A DNA stretch of 63,010 nt from Bacteroidales bacterium. GTDB taxonomy: Bacteria > Bacteroidota > Bacteroidia > Bacteroidales > UBA7960. The stretch's first letter is position 1; each line of letters opens with the position of its first letter. The stretch is taken from positions 1-63,010 of the forward strand of contig SLKR01000019.1 of NCBI GenBank assembly GCA_007134525.1, given 5' to 3'. The notes below the pieces were generated by a model, which did no database searches, was not told where the DNA came from, and saw only the letters and a list, made by a program, of their open reading frames with translations. Of this stretch, positions 28,313 to 38,484 are shown piece after piece. A program made the translations under genes and the position numbers.

Positions 28313-28343
28313 CCCTTAATATGTTTTCGTTTATTATAGTTTT

Positions 28344-29792
28344 TTAACCTACGCTGCCCTCAAGACTTATTGAGAGGAGTTTCTGTGCCTCAACTGCAAA
28401 CTCCATGGGAAGCTTTGAGAGCACCTCTTTTGCATAGCCGTTAACTATAAGGCCTATTGCACCCTCCATGTCTATTCCTCTTTGCAGGCAATAGAATAGC
28501 TGATCTTCTGATATCTTACTTGTGGTTGCCTCATGTTCAACTATTGAGCTTTTATTTCCCACATCCAGATAGGGGAATGTATGGGCACCGCACATATCCC
28601 CCAAAAGGAGTGAGTCGCACTGTGAGAAATTCCGGGAGTTTACCGCATTTTTGCTGGTCTTGACAAGCCCCCGGTAACTGTTGTTGCTCTCCCCTCCTGA
28701 AATGCCCTTACTGATGATCGTGCTGCGGGTATTCTTCCCCAGGTGAATCATCTTGGTCCCTGTATCGGCCTGCTGCCGGTTGTTCGTTACGGCTACCGAG
28801 TAAAATTCTCCGGATGAATTATCACCCTTGAGTATCAGGCTCGGGTACTTCCAGGTGATTGCTGACCCAGTTTCAACCTGTGTCCAGGATATGCGTGAGT
28901 TCTCTCCCTCACAAATGCCCCTTTTGGACACAAAGTTATAAACCCCTCCCTTGCCTTGTTTGTCGCCGGGCCACCAGTTCTGTACTGTGGAGTACTTTAC
29001 TTCCGCATCCTTGTGTGCAATAATCTCAACTATGGCAGCATGCAATTGGTTCTCGTCGCGGATAGGGGCAGTGCAGCCTTCCATATAGCTTACATAACTC
29101 CCTTCCTCTGCTACAATCAGTGTGCGTTCAAACTGACCTGTATTGGCAGCGTTGATACGGAAATAGGTGGACAACTCCAGTGGGCATCTTACACCCCTGG
29201 GTATGTAAACAAATGATCCGTCACTGAAAACCGCGGAGTTAAGTGCCGAAAAGAAGTTGTCGGTGTAAGGTATCACGGTACCCATATATTTTTTTATCAG
29301 ATCCGGATGTTTTTGCAGTGCTTCACTGAAGGAACAGAATATGATACCATGTTCTGCCAGGGTCTCTTTGAATGTTGACCCGACGGATACGCTGTCCATT
29401 ACTGCATCCACCGCAACACCAGCCAGCATTTTTTGCTCTTCAAGGGGAATGCCAAGTTTTTCGAAGGTTTCGAGCAGCTCGGGGTCAACCTCATCAAGGC
29501 TTTCATATTTGGGCTTTTTGCGTGGGGCCGAATAATATATCAGATCCTGATAATCTATCGGAGGGTATTCAACATGCGCCCATTCAGGCTCCTTCAGGGT
29601 TTTCCAGTGCCTGAAAGCCCTGAGTCGGAACTCCAGCATAAACTCAGGCTCGTTCTTCTTTGCAGAAATGAACCTTATGGTATCTTCGGTAAGCCCCCTG
29701 GGGGCCTGGTCCATTTCAATATCAGTGTAGAAGCCATATTTGTAGTCCGAGCTGCCTACCTCTTTAAGAAGCTTGTCGTTTTTATCTGCCAT
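28344..29792 (-). CDS. sufB: Fe-S cluster assembly scaffold SufB
   Basis: The 482-aa ORF has an N-terminal [10 protein letters not shown] and a C-terminal beta-helix, and it is the first gene of the operon. Confidence 0.96.
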   Translation of the reverse strand: MADKNDKLLKEVGSSDYKYGFYTDIEMDQAPRGLTEDTIRFISAKKNEPEFMLEFRLRAFRHWKTLKEPEWAHVEYPPIDYQDLIYYSAPRKKPKYESLDEVDPELLETFEKLGIPLEEQKMLAGVAVDAVMDSVSVGSTFKETLAEHGIIFCSFSEALQKHPDLIKKYMGTVIPYTDNFFSALNSAVFSDGSFVYIPRGVRCPLELSTYFRINAANTGQFERTLIVAEEGSYVSYMEGCTAPIRDENQLHAAIVEIIAHKDAEVKYSTVQNWWPGDKQGKGGVYNFVSKRGICEGENSRISWTQVETGSAITWKYPSLILKGDNSSGEFYSVAVTNNRQQADTGTKMIHLGKNTRSTIISKGISGGESNNSYRGLVKTSKNAVNSRNFSQCDSLLLGDMCGAHTFPYLDVGNKSSIVEHEATTSKISEDQLFYCLQRGIDMEGAIGLIVNGYAKEVLSKLPMEFAVEAQKLLSISLEGSVG

Positions 29793-29872
29793 TTATAATT
29801 CACCGGTTAAGGTTTAGAACAAAACCCTTGCCCAAAAACAACCCTTATTTGGACTTATTTTAAATTGATATG

Positions 29873-29880
29873 CAAAGATA
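29873..29880 (-). promoter_or_regulatory. -7 promoter box (TATCTTTG on the minus strand) for the suf operon
   Basis: The plus-strand sequence CAAAGATA lies about 80 nt upstream of ATG 29792. Confidence 0.45.
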
Positions 29881-29951
29881 GGAATACTGAACCGGATATT
29901 CAACTTATCCTATCCTGCAATGCTGTGCAGCATGCAGAACAATGTAAAACA

Positions 29952-30656
29952 TCAGCTGTTGGATACCAGGAGCTTGAATCCCTGGCCATGTACGTTGAGA
30001 AGTTCCACGGAGGGGTCGTCCTTGAGGTATTTTCTGAGTTTGGCAATATAAACATCCATACTTCTTGCGTTGAAGTAATTATCGTCGAGCCATATCTTGT
30101 TTAATGCATCCGAACGGTTAAGTACATTATTCGTCCTGTCGCAAAGCATCTTTAGCAGCTGTGCCTCCTTTGAGGTAAGCTTCTGCTCCTCTCCATTGTT
30201 CTTGAGTGTTTGGCGGGAGTAATCGAATGTGTATTTGCCTATACGGAAAAGAGTCTTTTCGGAGTCGGATGTTTTTTCCGGAAAGCTCCGGCGGTAGATA
30301 GCATTGATTCTCAGCTGCAATTCTTCCATGCTGAAGGGTTTGGTAAGGTAATCGTCTGCGCCAATCTTGAGCCCTTCAAGGATATCTTCCTGCATGTTCT
30401 TGGCTGTGAGGAACAGAATCGGAACCTGTTTGTCGATCTTCCGTATATCTTTTGCCAGAGTGAAGCCGTCTTTGACAGGCATCATAACATCCAGAATGCA
30501 GAAGTTGAAGTTTTGTTCCAAAAAGGCCTCGTGTGCCTTCTGCCCGTCTTCGCAAAGAGTTGTGGGAAAGCCCTTTGCCTCAAGGTATGCTTTCAGTATT
30601 GTACCAAGGTTGGCATCATCCTCTGCCAGCAGGATCTTTATTTTGGGAGTTTCCAT
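29952..30656 (-). CDS. OmpR/PhoB-family response regulator
   Basis: The 234-aa ORF has a receiver domain with LLAEDD...ILDVMMP...LTAK and a winged-helix C-terminus ...VHGQGFKL. Confidence 0.92.
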   Translation of the reverse strand: METPKIKILLAEDDANLGTILKAYLEAKGFPTTLCEDGQKAHEAFLEQNFNFCILDVMMPVKDGFTLAKDIRKIDKQVPILFLTAKNMQEDILEGLKIGADDYLTKPFSMEELQLRINAIYRRSFPEKTSDSEKTLFRIGKYTFDYSRQTLKNNGEEQKLTSKEAQLLKMLCDRTNNVLNRSDALNKIWLDDNYFNARSMDVYIAKLRKYLKDDPSVELLNVHGQGFKLLVSNS

Positions 30657-30659
30657 CGT

Positions 30660-32309
30660 TTAGCTTTGTTGTTTTTCGTTTTTTTCATCATTTCCGCTTC
30701 CGTCATACCCGAAAGGGATAAAAACGGTAAAGCGGGAACCTTTATGAGGCTCACTTTCCAGTGAAACGGTACCTCCATGTTGCTCTACAATGGCTTTTAC
30801 GTAGCCCAGCCCCAGGCCAAAACCCTTAACGTCATGGATGTTTCCCGTAGAAACCCTGTACAAGTTATCAAAAATTTTCTTTTGATTTACATGACTTATG
30901 CCAACTCCCTTATCCTCAACATGTACCAATACTCCCTTGCTGGTGTTTTCGGTAACTACAGTAATCTGGGGAGAGTTTGGGGAGTATTTGTTCGCATTGT
31001 CAAGCAGGTTGGAAAATACATTGGTCAGATGTATTTTGTCACCTTTTATAAAGCTGTACTCCGCATAGAAGCGGGTATGAATACTGCCATGTTTTGACTT
31101 TACCTGCAGACCTATTTTCTGTATTGCATTTTCAATTAATCCATGCAGGTCGATACCTGTAATATTTAGCCTGACCCTTGCCTTTTCTATCAGGGCGGTT
31201 TGAAGCACCTTCTCCGTCAGAAGGCCCAGCCTTTCATTCTCTTCATTGATAACATTTATGTAATTCTGATACAGACCCTCGGATTTCTGAATGTCTTTGT
31301 CGCTGAGGGCCTGGCATGCCAGTGAAATTGTAGAGATTGGAGTTTTCAGCTCATGGGTCATGTTGTTAATAAAGTCATTTTTCATGACCGAGAGCTTTTT
31401 CTGGCGGAATATTGTAAAAATCGTGAATGCGAAAGAGGATATAATTATGAATATGAGGACTATGGAGGTAGCCAGCATTGCGTTCATCTGGCTGAGGATA
31501 TACCTTTCCTGCTGCGGAAAATGCAAAAGAAGGTATTCAGGGTTTACGAAGATATCGTTTGGGAACAGATGAAATGCATACTGGCTCTGTAAAAGATCAT
31601 TGGTATGCTTGCCGGTCTTTTCTCTTAGCAGAGCATGTTGTACGGGATTGTAGATACCAAACTCATACGGGGTCTTTATTCCCTGAGTATAAAGCTCGTT
31701 TGCAAGCAGTGAGTCAAGTTGTGAGATGCTCTCTTCTTCTGATACCTGAAATGTATACCTGTTGGAGAAGAGGTCATCGAACAGTTCGCTTATTATCTTG
31801 CTCCTTTCAAAAAACGCGCTCAAAGGGTCACTTGCTGGTGAATGCCGCGACTCAGGCAGATAACCGGCATCAAGACCCTGACCGAAATAGCCCCCGGCAG
31901 CGAAACTAGTGTCGTATAGTTCAGATTCAGGGTTTTGCATTTGCCCGTATGCATCACGTAACTGAATATCTATCTCATGCCAGAAGAAGCCAGAACCCGG
32001 ATCACCCTGAATTACCTGTTCGTGCTGCTGGGAAAAGATCTGGTTGTAATAGGTGCGGTTTAGGGAGTCCAAAAGGTTTCCGAGCTGCCTCATATGCTGG
32101 CTGCGGTCTTGCTGCCGTATAAGTTTGCGGGTAATTTCGTGCTTGTTGAATTTATAGATCGCCCTTGAAGCAGCTTCGCTTACACCGCGGTCAAAGTTCA
32201 CCTCTTTTATCGCAACGGCATTATGGATCCAGTAAAGCTGGATGCCAAGCAGACCCAAAAGGGAAATACTGATGGCTATTATTACAAGTATTATAAACTT
32301 CTTTTTCAT
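30660..32309 (-). CDS. sensor histidine kinase (two transmembrane segments flanking a roughly 250-aa extracytoplasmic domain)
   Basis: The 549-aa ORF has the H-box MTHELKTPIS, an N-box DNANKYS and G-boxes DKGVGI / GFGLGL. It lies 3 nt upstream of the response regulator gene. Confidence 0.92.
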   Translation of the reverse strand: MKKKFIILVIIAISISLLGLLGIQLYWIHNAVAIKEVNFDRGVSEAASRAIYKFNKHEITRKLIRQQDRSQHMRQLGNLLDSLNRTYYNQIFSQQHEQVIQGDPGSGFFWHEIDIQLRDAYGQMQNPESELYDTSFAAGGYFGQGLDAGYLPESRHSPASDPLSAFFERSKIISELFDDLFSNRYTFQVSEEESISQLDSLLANELYTQGIKTPYEFGIYNPVQHALLREKTGKHTNDLLQSQYAFHLFPNDIFVNPEYLLLHFPQQERYILSQMNAMLATSIVLIFIIISSFAFTIFTIFRQKKLSVMKNDFINNMTHELKTPISTISLACQALSDKDIQKSEGLYQNYINVINEENERLGLLTEKVLQTALIEKARVRLNITGIDLHGLIENAIQKIGLQVKSKHGSIHTRFYAEYSFIKGDKIHLTNVFSNLLDNANKYSPNSPQITVVTENTSKGVLVHVEDKGVGISHVNQKKIFDNLYRVSTGNIHDVKGFGLGLGYVKAIVEQHGGTVSLESEPHKGSRFTVFIPFGYDGSGNDEKNEKQQS

Positions 32310-32455
32310 TGACCTTTACAACAAATTATCCCCATGAATTGTTGGGATGCCTTTTGACCTGCTACAAAAATAAACGGTAAAATTGCCGGCCGGCTGGCTT
32401 TAACACACTTTAACAACTCTGGAGTTTCTGATCTCTGAAAAAGCTTGAACTGATT

Positions 32456-33031
32456 TTACATTCTCTCCTCTGCTTTTTTCCAGTTGACAACCTTCAGGAA
32501 AGAGCTGATATACTCAGGTCTGCGGTTTTGATAGTCCAGGTAGTAGGCATGCTCCCAGACATCGCAGGTAAGTATTGGTTTTTTGCCGTCACGAAGGGGG
32601 TTTCCGGCATTACTGGTCTGGACTATTTCCAGCTTGCCCTTATCGTTCATAACAAGCCATGCCCAACCGGAACCAAACAGTGTAGCTGCAGCAGTTTCAA
32701 ACTCCTCTGTGAACCTGCCAAATGATCCGAAGCTGCCGTTAATTGAATCAAGCAGCTTTCCCCCAGGTTCCCCGCCACCGTTGGGCGATAGTCCTTCCCA
32801 GTAAAAAGTGTGGTTCCATACCTGGGCTCCGTTATTGAATATGCCCCCTTCGGCTTTCAGTATAATCTCCTCGAGGGTGGCTTCCTCAAACGGTGTATCC
32901 TTTATAAGATCGTTCAGCTTCTTCACATAGGTCATGTGATGCTTGCCATAGTGGAACTCTATGGTTTTTTTTGAGATGTTGGGTTCTAGCGCCTCTGGTG
33001 AATAGGGCAGTTTTGGAAGGTTGTGTGTCAT
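32456..33031 (-). CDS. sodB: Fe/Mn superoxide dismutase (Fe-type or cambialistic signature)
   Basis: The 191-aa ORF has the motifs FNNGAQVWNHTFYW and DVWEHAYYLDYQNRR. Confidence 0.94.
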   Translation of the reverse strand: MTHNLPKLPYSPEALEPNISKKTIEFHYGKHHMTYVKKLNDLIKDTPFEEATLEEIILKAEGGIFNNGAQVWNHTFYWEGLSPNGGGEPGGKLLDSINGSFGSFGRFTEEFETAAATLFGSGWAWLVMNDKGKLEIVQTSNAGNPLRDGKKPILTCDVWEHAYYLDYQNRRPEYISSFLKVVNWKKAEERM

Positions 33032-33180
33032 GACAATTTGTTTTTTGGTACGTACAGAATGCTAAGTTATGAAATAGAATTTATATACAAAAACGATATA
33101 TGTAATGGATGGTTTTATGCCGCAGCATAGAAAATCTGACATTATAATACAAATACAGTTAATCTGAAATTCTAAATGTT

Positions 33181-33188
33181 TAAATTTG
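33181..33188 (+). promoter_or_regulatory. -7 promoter box TAAATTTG for the GT2/ArnT-like operon
   Basis: The sequence matches TAnnTTTG and lies 37 nt upstream of ATG 33225. Confidence 0.45.
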
Positions 33189-33224
33189 CAGCACCTTTCA
33201 TAACTAAAAACAATAATATTATAA

Positions 33225-33953
33225 ATGCCTGCCCGCGATATTTTAATTATCGTGCCTCTTTTTAATGAAGAGGGAAGCCTTGAAAGGCTTAAAGAGGAGA
33301 TGGACATATTCATGTCTGCCTGTGAACATAATATTAGCGTGTTGTTTGTTGACGATGGCTCCGTTGACCGCAGTCCCGAGATTATTAGGGACATATGCAG
33401 CAAGGACAGCAGGTACGCTTATATTACCCTTGATCGCAATATGGGCCTCAGTGCTGCCCTTAAGGCTGGTATTGATAATGCCGACAGTAAGTGGGTGGCC
33501 TATATCGATTCGGATCTGCAAACAAGCCCTTCAGATTTCAGTTTACTGCTTCCGCATATCAATGATTATGACCTGGTAACGGGTTACCGGCTAAAACGTA
33601 ATGATCCAATTGTCAAGCGCTTTTCTTCACGGCTTGCCAACTCTTTCAGAAGAGCAGTTCTTAAAGACGGGGTAAAAGACACCGGCTGCCCACTGAAAAT
33701 AATCACAACTGCTACTGCTCAAAGGCTTCCTTTTTTTAATGGAATGCACCGTTTTCTGCCTGCCCTTGTGCAGGCTGCGGGGGGCAGGGTAAAAGAGGTA
33801 CCCGTGCGGCATTTTGAAAGGAGGGATGGAGTATCCAAGTATAATCTGGCCAACAGGCTGATAATGCCCTTTGTTGACACATTTGCTGTTTTGTGGATAA
33901 AAAAGAGAATGATCAACTACAACCTGGTTCGAAGGCCTGAAAATATTCGCTAA
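33225..33953 (+). CDS. family 2 glycosyltransferase, polyprenyl-phosphate sugar synthase type (ArnC/DPM1-like)
   Basis: The 242-aa ORF has the motifs IIVPLFNEE, VDDGSVDRS and DSDLQ. Confidence 0.88.
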   Translation: MPARDILIIVPLFNEEGSLERLKEEMDIFMSACEHNISVLFVDDGSVDRSPEIIRDICSKDSRYAYITLDRNMGLSAALKAGIDNADSKWVAYIDSDLQTSPSDFSLLLPHINDYDLVTGYRLKRNDPIVKRFSSRLANSFRRAVLKDGVKDTGCPLKIITTATAQRLPFFNGMHRFLPALVQAAGGRVKEVPVRHFERRDGVSKYNLANRLIMPFVDTFAVLWIKKRMINYNLVRRPENIR

Positions 33954-33958
33954 TAATC

Positions 33959-34000
33959 ATGAGCAATTATTTTATACTGGCCTTTGGAATGTTTGCGTAG
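33959..34000 (+). other. orphaned 13-codon N-terminal fragment of the downstream gene, ended by an in-frame TAG
   Basis: ATG 33959 lies 5 nt after the GT2 stop and is in the same frame as the 34025 ORF. It encodes MSNYFILAFGMFA followed by TAG at 33998-34000. Confidence 0.6.
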
Positions 34001-34024
34001 GGTCTCTTTGCGGCAAGGTTTGTT

Positions 34025-36223
34025 GTGCAGCTTGCAAAATCGGAACTTGCCGGCCGTGTTGTCTCTCCGTTGCTTTTCTGGCAGCTCAGTTTGCTTGCAT
34101 CCCTGATGCTGGTGATATATGGGTATTTCAGGAATGACCCGGTTATAATCGGAGGACAGATTGTCTCCTACTATATATATATCCGGAATCTCCAGTTGAA
34201 GCAGAGCTGGCAGAAGATGAACATTGTGATACGATATGTATTTGCCTTGCTTCCCCCACTAATGATAGTATTACTGCTTGTTTTTTCAATAAGCTCATTT
34301 GACCGGATTATCAATAATCCTGATATCCCAGTATTATTGCTCACTTATGGTACCCTGGGACAGGTGGTTTTTATTATGAGGTTTGTCATTCAATGGCTCC
34401 ATTCGGAAAGGGAAAAAGAGTCCGGTTTCCCCCCTCTGTTCTGGGTAATAAGCATAAGCGGGGCTCTTCTGATTGTCGGTTATGCTATAATGAGAAAGGA
34501 CGCAGTATTATTTATCGGCCAGTTCTTCGGAATACTTGTATACTCCAGAAACCTTATGTTGCATTACAGGCCAATTGCCCGCTTCAGGGAAAGTTCAGTG
34601 AGCATAACAGCCGGGATAAAAAAATACCGGCTTCTGATTATATCCGGGTGTATTCTGCTGGCACTCCTTATCAACCTTAACGACTGGTCAGTTACTGAAT
34701 CGACCGAAGCCAGGTATGCACAGATAGCCAACGAAATGAAGGAGTCAGGGGACTTCCTGCATCCGACACTCATGGGAATCAAGCACTACCATAAACCACC
34801 ATTAACATACTGGCTTACAGCGGCAGGGTACAACCTGTTTGGTGTCAATGGGTTCGGGGCCCGGTTTTTCCTTCAGATAGCCATTGTTATACAGGTACTG
34901 ACTGTTTACGGAATATCCAGGATACTGCTAAGGGATAAGAGGTATGCCATTTGGGCTTCTATGCTGTATTTTGCCCTGCCCGGGGTGATAATGTCCGGAA
35001 GGGTCCTGTCAACGGATGTATATCTGTGTACCTTCGTCCTGCTGTCAGTATATGCCTGGCTGAGGTTCACTGAGGGCAAGGGAGGGGTCTACCTGCTCCT
35101 GTTCTATACTTCCCTTGGCCTTGGCTTTTTCACCAAGGGCCCCGTGGTTTTTATCTTTCCCCTTTTCATAATTGCAGGGAGCCGTATTGCAGGATTCAGA
35201 CCACCAAAACTCCGGCACGGGCATATTGCGGGGGCTGTCATTATGCTGGCAATCGGCATGTGGTGGTTCATATATCTTTATGCCGCTGACAGCCGCTTCC
35301 TTGATTATTTTCTCTTCAGGCATACGGTAGAGAGGTTCACCACAGATGTTTTTCGCCGCAGTGAACCATGGTGGTTCTTCTTTGCAGTAGTACCCGCTGC
35401 AAGTTTTCCCTGGGGGGTGATGCTGATTACGCGCCTGTTTAGGAAAAATGAGCTTAAAAAACCCAAGAGCCTGTTATTTCTGATGTGGATAATCGGACCA
35501 GTAATTTTCTTCTCTCTGAGTCAGTCAAAGATGTTGCTGTATGTGCTGCCGGTTTATGCCGGCATTGCAACAGGCAGCATTTGGTTCTGGATAAGGATGC
35601 AATCGGGCGAACAGCGCTTGTGGGGAAGGATACAGTTTATTTTTCACCTTATAGTATTGGTGGGTCTGGCTCTTGTTCCGTTGGTTGAACCCGGCCTGAT
35701 AATAAGCAAGCAGGTCTATTTTTTGATTATAGTTACAGGATCTGTTTTAACGGCAATTTGGGCAGCACCTATTACAGGAAGGGAAAAGCCAATACTGTCT
35801 GCAGCTATATTTATGTACGGTATTGTGCTGATGACCCCGTATATCTATTCAGAGAACCCTGAAAAAGTGAAGGATACCCGCAATATAGCCAGTTATATTG
35901 AAAACAGTATCCCCGATACCCAAAATATACTTGTTTATAACCGCCGGCTACCCTCGATACAGTTCAATACTGGCATTAATATAATATCATTGTACGCCGG
36001 TGGCCATACTCTCGAAAGAGAGCTGCAGTTTGAACCCGACGACTCATGGAAGGAGAACCTTGTAAACCTCGTCCAAACCCCCTCCCTCCTTGATGAGCTT
36101 ATAAAGCCCGGGAATGTGCTAATTGTGCGCGACCGGTCTGGGCTTGCCCCGGATTTTGAGGCCCGGGTATCGGCTTATAATAACAGTAAGGTTATAGACG
36201 GCTGGAGAATATATTTCTACTGA
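34025..36223 (+). CDS. fusion of two lipid-A-disaccharide-synthase-N-terminal-like (LAB_N) membrane repeats with an ArnT/PMT_2-type glycosyltransferase; the 5' end is interrupted (possible pseudogene or sequencing error)
   Basis: The 732-aa ORF starts at a GTG inside the first LAB_N repeat. The second repeat is GTLGQVVFIMRFVIQWLHSE...LFW. The ArnT-type motif is EARYAQIANEMKESGDFLHPTLMGIKHYHKPPLTYW. Confidence 0.8.
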   Translation: MQLAKSELAGRVVSPLLFWQLSLLASLMLVIYGYFRNDPVIIGGQIVSYYIYIRNLQLKQSWQKMNIVIRYVFALLPPLMIVLLLVFSISSFDRIINNPDIPVLLLTYGTLGQVVFIMRFVIQWLHSEREKESGFPPLFWVISISGALLIVGYAIMRKDAVLFIGQFFGILVYSRNLMLHYRPIARFRESSVSITAGIKKYRLLIISGCILLALLINLNDWSVTESTEARYAQIANEMKESGDFLHPTLMGIKHYHKPPLTYWLTAAGYNLFGVNGFGARFFLQIAIVIQVLTVYGISRILLRDKRYAIWASMLYFALPGVIMSGRVLSTDVYLCTFVLLSVYAWLRFTEGKGGVYLLLFYTSLGLGFFTKGPVVFIFPLFIIAGSRIAGFRPPKLRHGHIAGAVIMLAIGMWWFIYLYAADSRFLDYFLFRHTVERFTTDVFRRSEPWWFFFAVVPAASFPWGVMLITRLFRKNELKKPKSLLFLMWIIGPVIFFSLSQSKMLLYVLPVYAGIATGSIWFWIRMQSGEQRLWGRIQFIFHLIVLVGLALVPLVEPGLIISKQVYFLIIVTGSVLTAIWAAPITGREKPILSAAIFMYGIVLMTPYIYSENPEKVKDTRNIASYIENSIPDTQNILVYNRRLPSIQFNTGINIISLYAGGHTLERELQFEPDDSWKENLVNLVQTPSLLDELIKPGNVLIVRDRSGLAPDFEARVSAYNNSKVIDGWRIYFY

Positions 36224-36224
36224 T

Positions 36225-37472
36225 TTACGCAAAACGGCCTGGTGAGTAGAGGGAGATATCTATATCAGGAGTATCGGAACCAATCAGGTCTGAAATTATC
36301 TTCCCCGTTGCCGGAGCAAGACTTACTCCAATCATGCTGTGTCCCGTTCCGAAAAAAACATTGTCCATTACTGGGCTTTTCCCAATGTATGGTAACCCGT
36401 CAGGTGATACCGGCCGAAGGCCGCTCCAAACAGTGTCCGGTTCCGGAAGCCTGAAGTTTGCGGCTCCTTCATAGTAAAGGCCCAGAGATTCAGCTATTCC
36501 CTTAACCTTCCGGAGGTCAACCCCTCTGGCTCTGCCCGATATTTCCATTGTTCCCCCGAACCTGACGGTATCCCTGTATGGTGAAACAGTAACCTTTCTT
36601 TCGGAAAGAATGGCGGGCTGTTTCAGCTCAAGTGTGTTGCGCGACATGAAACTATACCCCTTTCCGGCCATAAGGGGTAATCTGAATGAAAGCTCACGTG
36701 CGATATCAGCTGAGCGGGTTCCCGCAGTTACAACCAGGAAATCGCAGGTGTATTCTTTGTCTCCTGCAATAACAGAAACCACATTGCCATTGCTAAACCT
36801 GAACGATGACACCTCCCTGCGTGTTACTATTTTTACCCCTTTTTCCTGAAGGTATTTGTAAAGGAAGGTGGTCAGGATTCCCGGAGATATTAATGCATCC
36901 CCTGGGTAGAGAACGCCGCCTCTTACCGAATCACTGATCCCGGGTTCAATATCCCTGACCTCTGCGGCATCCAATACCCGTGCCTCAAGGCCCGCCAGTG
37001 CAGCGACCCGGGCAGCTCCGGTTTCCTCCTTCTCACCGTGCCTGCTTCGGTAGAGCATCAGCAGCCCCTTCTCTCCCCAATAAAAATCCTCTTCTTTGTG
37101 AGTATTTACAAAGGAAGCATACAGCTGCCTGCTGTATATACTTATCTCCTTAAGGTGCATAAAGCTGCGCTGTACATTCTTACTGTTGGCTGATTTCAAG
37201 AACAGCCATCCCCACCTTGCCCAATCTGGATCCATGCTGAACTTAAGTGAGAAAGGACTTTTGGGTGAGAACATCCACTTCAGCCCTTTTGCAACCACTC
37301 CCGGTGCTGCCAGGGGGATTACATGGCTTGGCACTATCATCCCGGCATTACCGGTTGAACAATTAACCGGATGTCCGCTGTCTATTAGCACTACATCATG
37401 TCCGTCAGCATTCAGAAAATAAGCGGAAAAAAGACCGATGATACCTCCACCGGCTACAACTGTTTTTGCCAT
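36225..37472 (-). CDS. FAD-dependent oxidoreductase, DadA-like (candidate D-hydroxyproline dehydrogenase)
   Basis: The 415-aa ORF has the N-terminal motif VVAGGGIIGLFSAYFL. The role is inferred from its position in the hydroxyproline operon. Confidence 0.8.
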   Translation of the reverse strand: MAKTVVAGGGIIGLFSAYFLNADGHDVVLIDSGHPVNCSTGNAGMIVPSHVIPLAAPGVVAKGLKWMFSPKSPFSLKFSMDPDWARWGWLFLKSANSKNVQRSFMHLKEISIYSRQLYASFVNTHKEEDFYWGEKGLLMLYRSRHGEKEETGAARVAALAGLEARVLDAAEVRDIEPGISDSVRGGVLYPGDALISPGILTTFLYKYLQEKGVKIVTRREVSSFRFSNGNVVSVIAGDKEYTCDFLVVTAGTRSADIARELSFRLPLMAGKGYSFMSRNTLELKQPAILSERKVTVSPYRDTVRFGGTMEISGRARGVDLRKVKGIAESLGLYYEGAANFRLPEPDTVWSGLRPVSPDGLPYIGKSPVMDNVFFGTGHSMIGVSLAPATGKIISDLIGSDTPDIDISLYSPGRFA

Positions 37473-37473
37473 A

Positions 37474-38475
37474 TCATATTACCTGGAACCCTTTAATATA
37501 GGGGTCATTGTCGTCCAAAAATATTGTATTGTGGCCTGTTATAAAGGCGCTGCCTTCTATTGATGGCAGAATTGCAGGCTTGCCTGCCACTTCAGTGGTA
37601 CCCTCGATGACACCCCTGAATACCGATCCGATGTAGCTTTCATGGATAAAGGCTTCACCCGGCCTGAGCAGTCCTTTTGAATAACACTGTGCCATACGTG
37701 CGGAGGTGCCTGTTCCGCAAGGTGACCGGTCAATGGCCTTGTCTCCGTAAAAAACCGCATTCCGGGCGGTGGAGGAGGGGTCAATGGTTTTTCCCGTCCA
37801 CATAATGTGACTCAGGCCCCTGATTTCGGGATCCTCAGGATGGACAAAAGTGTGGAGCCGGTTTATTCCGGAACGGATCTCCCGGCTTAATTCAACCAGC
37901 TGCCCTGCTGTGAAATCCTGTAATCCCGGGTAGTTCTCCTGAGGGTCAATAATGGCGTAGAAATTTCCTCCGTATGCTATGTCCACCCTTAGTTTGCCCA
38001 GTACAGGAGCCTGGATGCTTATTCCCGGTGCAACCATAAATGAAGGGACATTCATTATCTTTACCGACTTAACCTTATTGCCTTCGATAGTATAGCTTGC
38101 GGTTACCAGCCCTGCCGGAACCTCAAGTCTGAGCTCCCCTTCCCTTTTTGGTGTGATCAGGCCTTCTTCGATGGCCATAGTAACTGTGCCAATAGTTCCG
38201 TGTCCGCACATAGGCAGGCACCCACTTGTTTCAATAAACAGTATGCCGGCATCGTTTTCGCCCCTTGTGGGCGGGTAAATAATGCTTCCCGACATCATAT
38301 CGTGTCCCCGTGGTTCAAACATTAATCCTCTCCGGATATGGTCGAACTCCCTGATGAAGTGAAGTCTCTTGTCGCTCATGCTGGAGCCTTCGAGCCTTGG
38401 TCCGCCGGCCACTACCAGCCTTACCGGGTTGCCTGCAGCATGCCCGTCTACACAGAAGAAAGACTTTCTTGCCAT
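37474..38475 (-). CDS. proline racemase family enzyme, Cys/Cys type (candidate 4-hydroxyproline 2-epimerase)
   Basis: The 333-aa ORF keeps both catalytic cysteines, in SGCLPMCGHGTIG and DRSPCGTGTSA. Confidence 0.88.
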   Translation of the reverse strand: MARKSFFCVDGHAAGNPVRLVVAGGPRLEGSSMSDKRLHFIREFDHIRRGLMFEPRGHDMMSGSIIYPPTRGENDAGILFIETSGCLPMCGHGTIGTVTMAIEEGLITPKREGELRLEVPAGLVTASYTIEGNKVKSVKIMNVPSFMVAPGISIQAPVLGKLRVDIAYGGNFYAIIDPQENYPGLQDFTAGQLVELSREIRSGINRLHTFVHPEDPEIRGLSHIMWTGKTIDPSSTARNAVFYGDKAIDRSPCGTGTSARMAQCYSKGLLRPGEAFIHESYIGSVFRGVIEGTTEVAGKPAILPSIEGSAFITGHNTIFLDDNDPYIKGFQVI

Positions 38476-38484
38476 AGGTAAATG

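Noticed and set aside
33062-33403. A 113-aa minus-strand ORF spans the sod/GT2 intergenic region.
   Set aside because: It runs through an AT-rich promoter region and overlaps the GT2 start antisense. It has no recognisable motifs, and its composition is dominated by the AT-rich codons expected by chance.
33998-34000. TAG might be reassigned to glutamine, because the stop aligns with a conserved Gln.
   Set aside because: TAG is used as the terminal stop of well-conserved genes in this same window: Nif3-like 6074-6076, GT4 14790-14792, rpoN 17832-17834 and catalase 62665-62667. All of these end at the expected protein C-termini, so a point mutation or sequencing error is far more likely.
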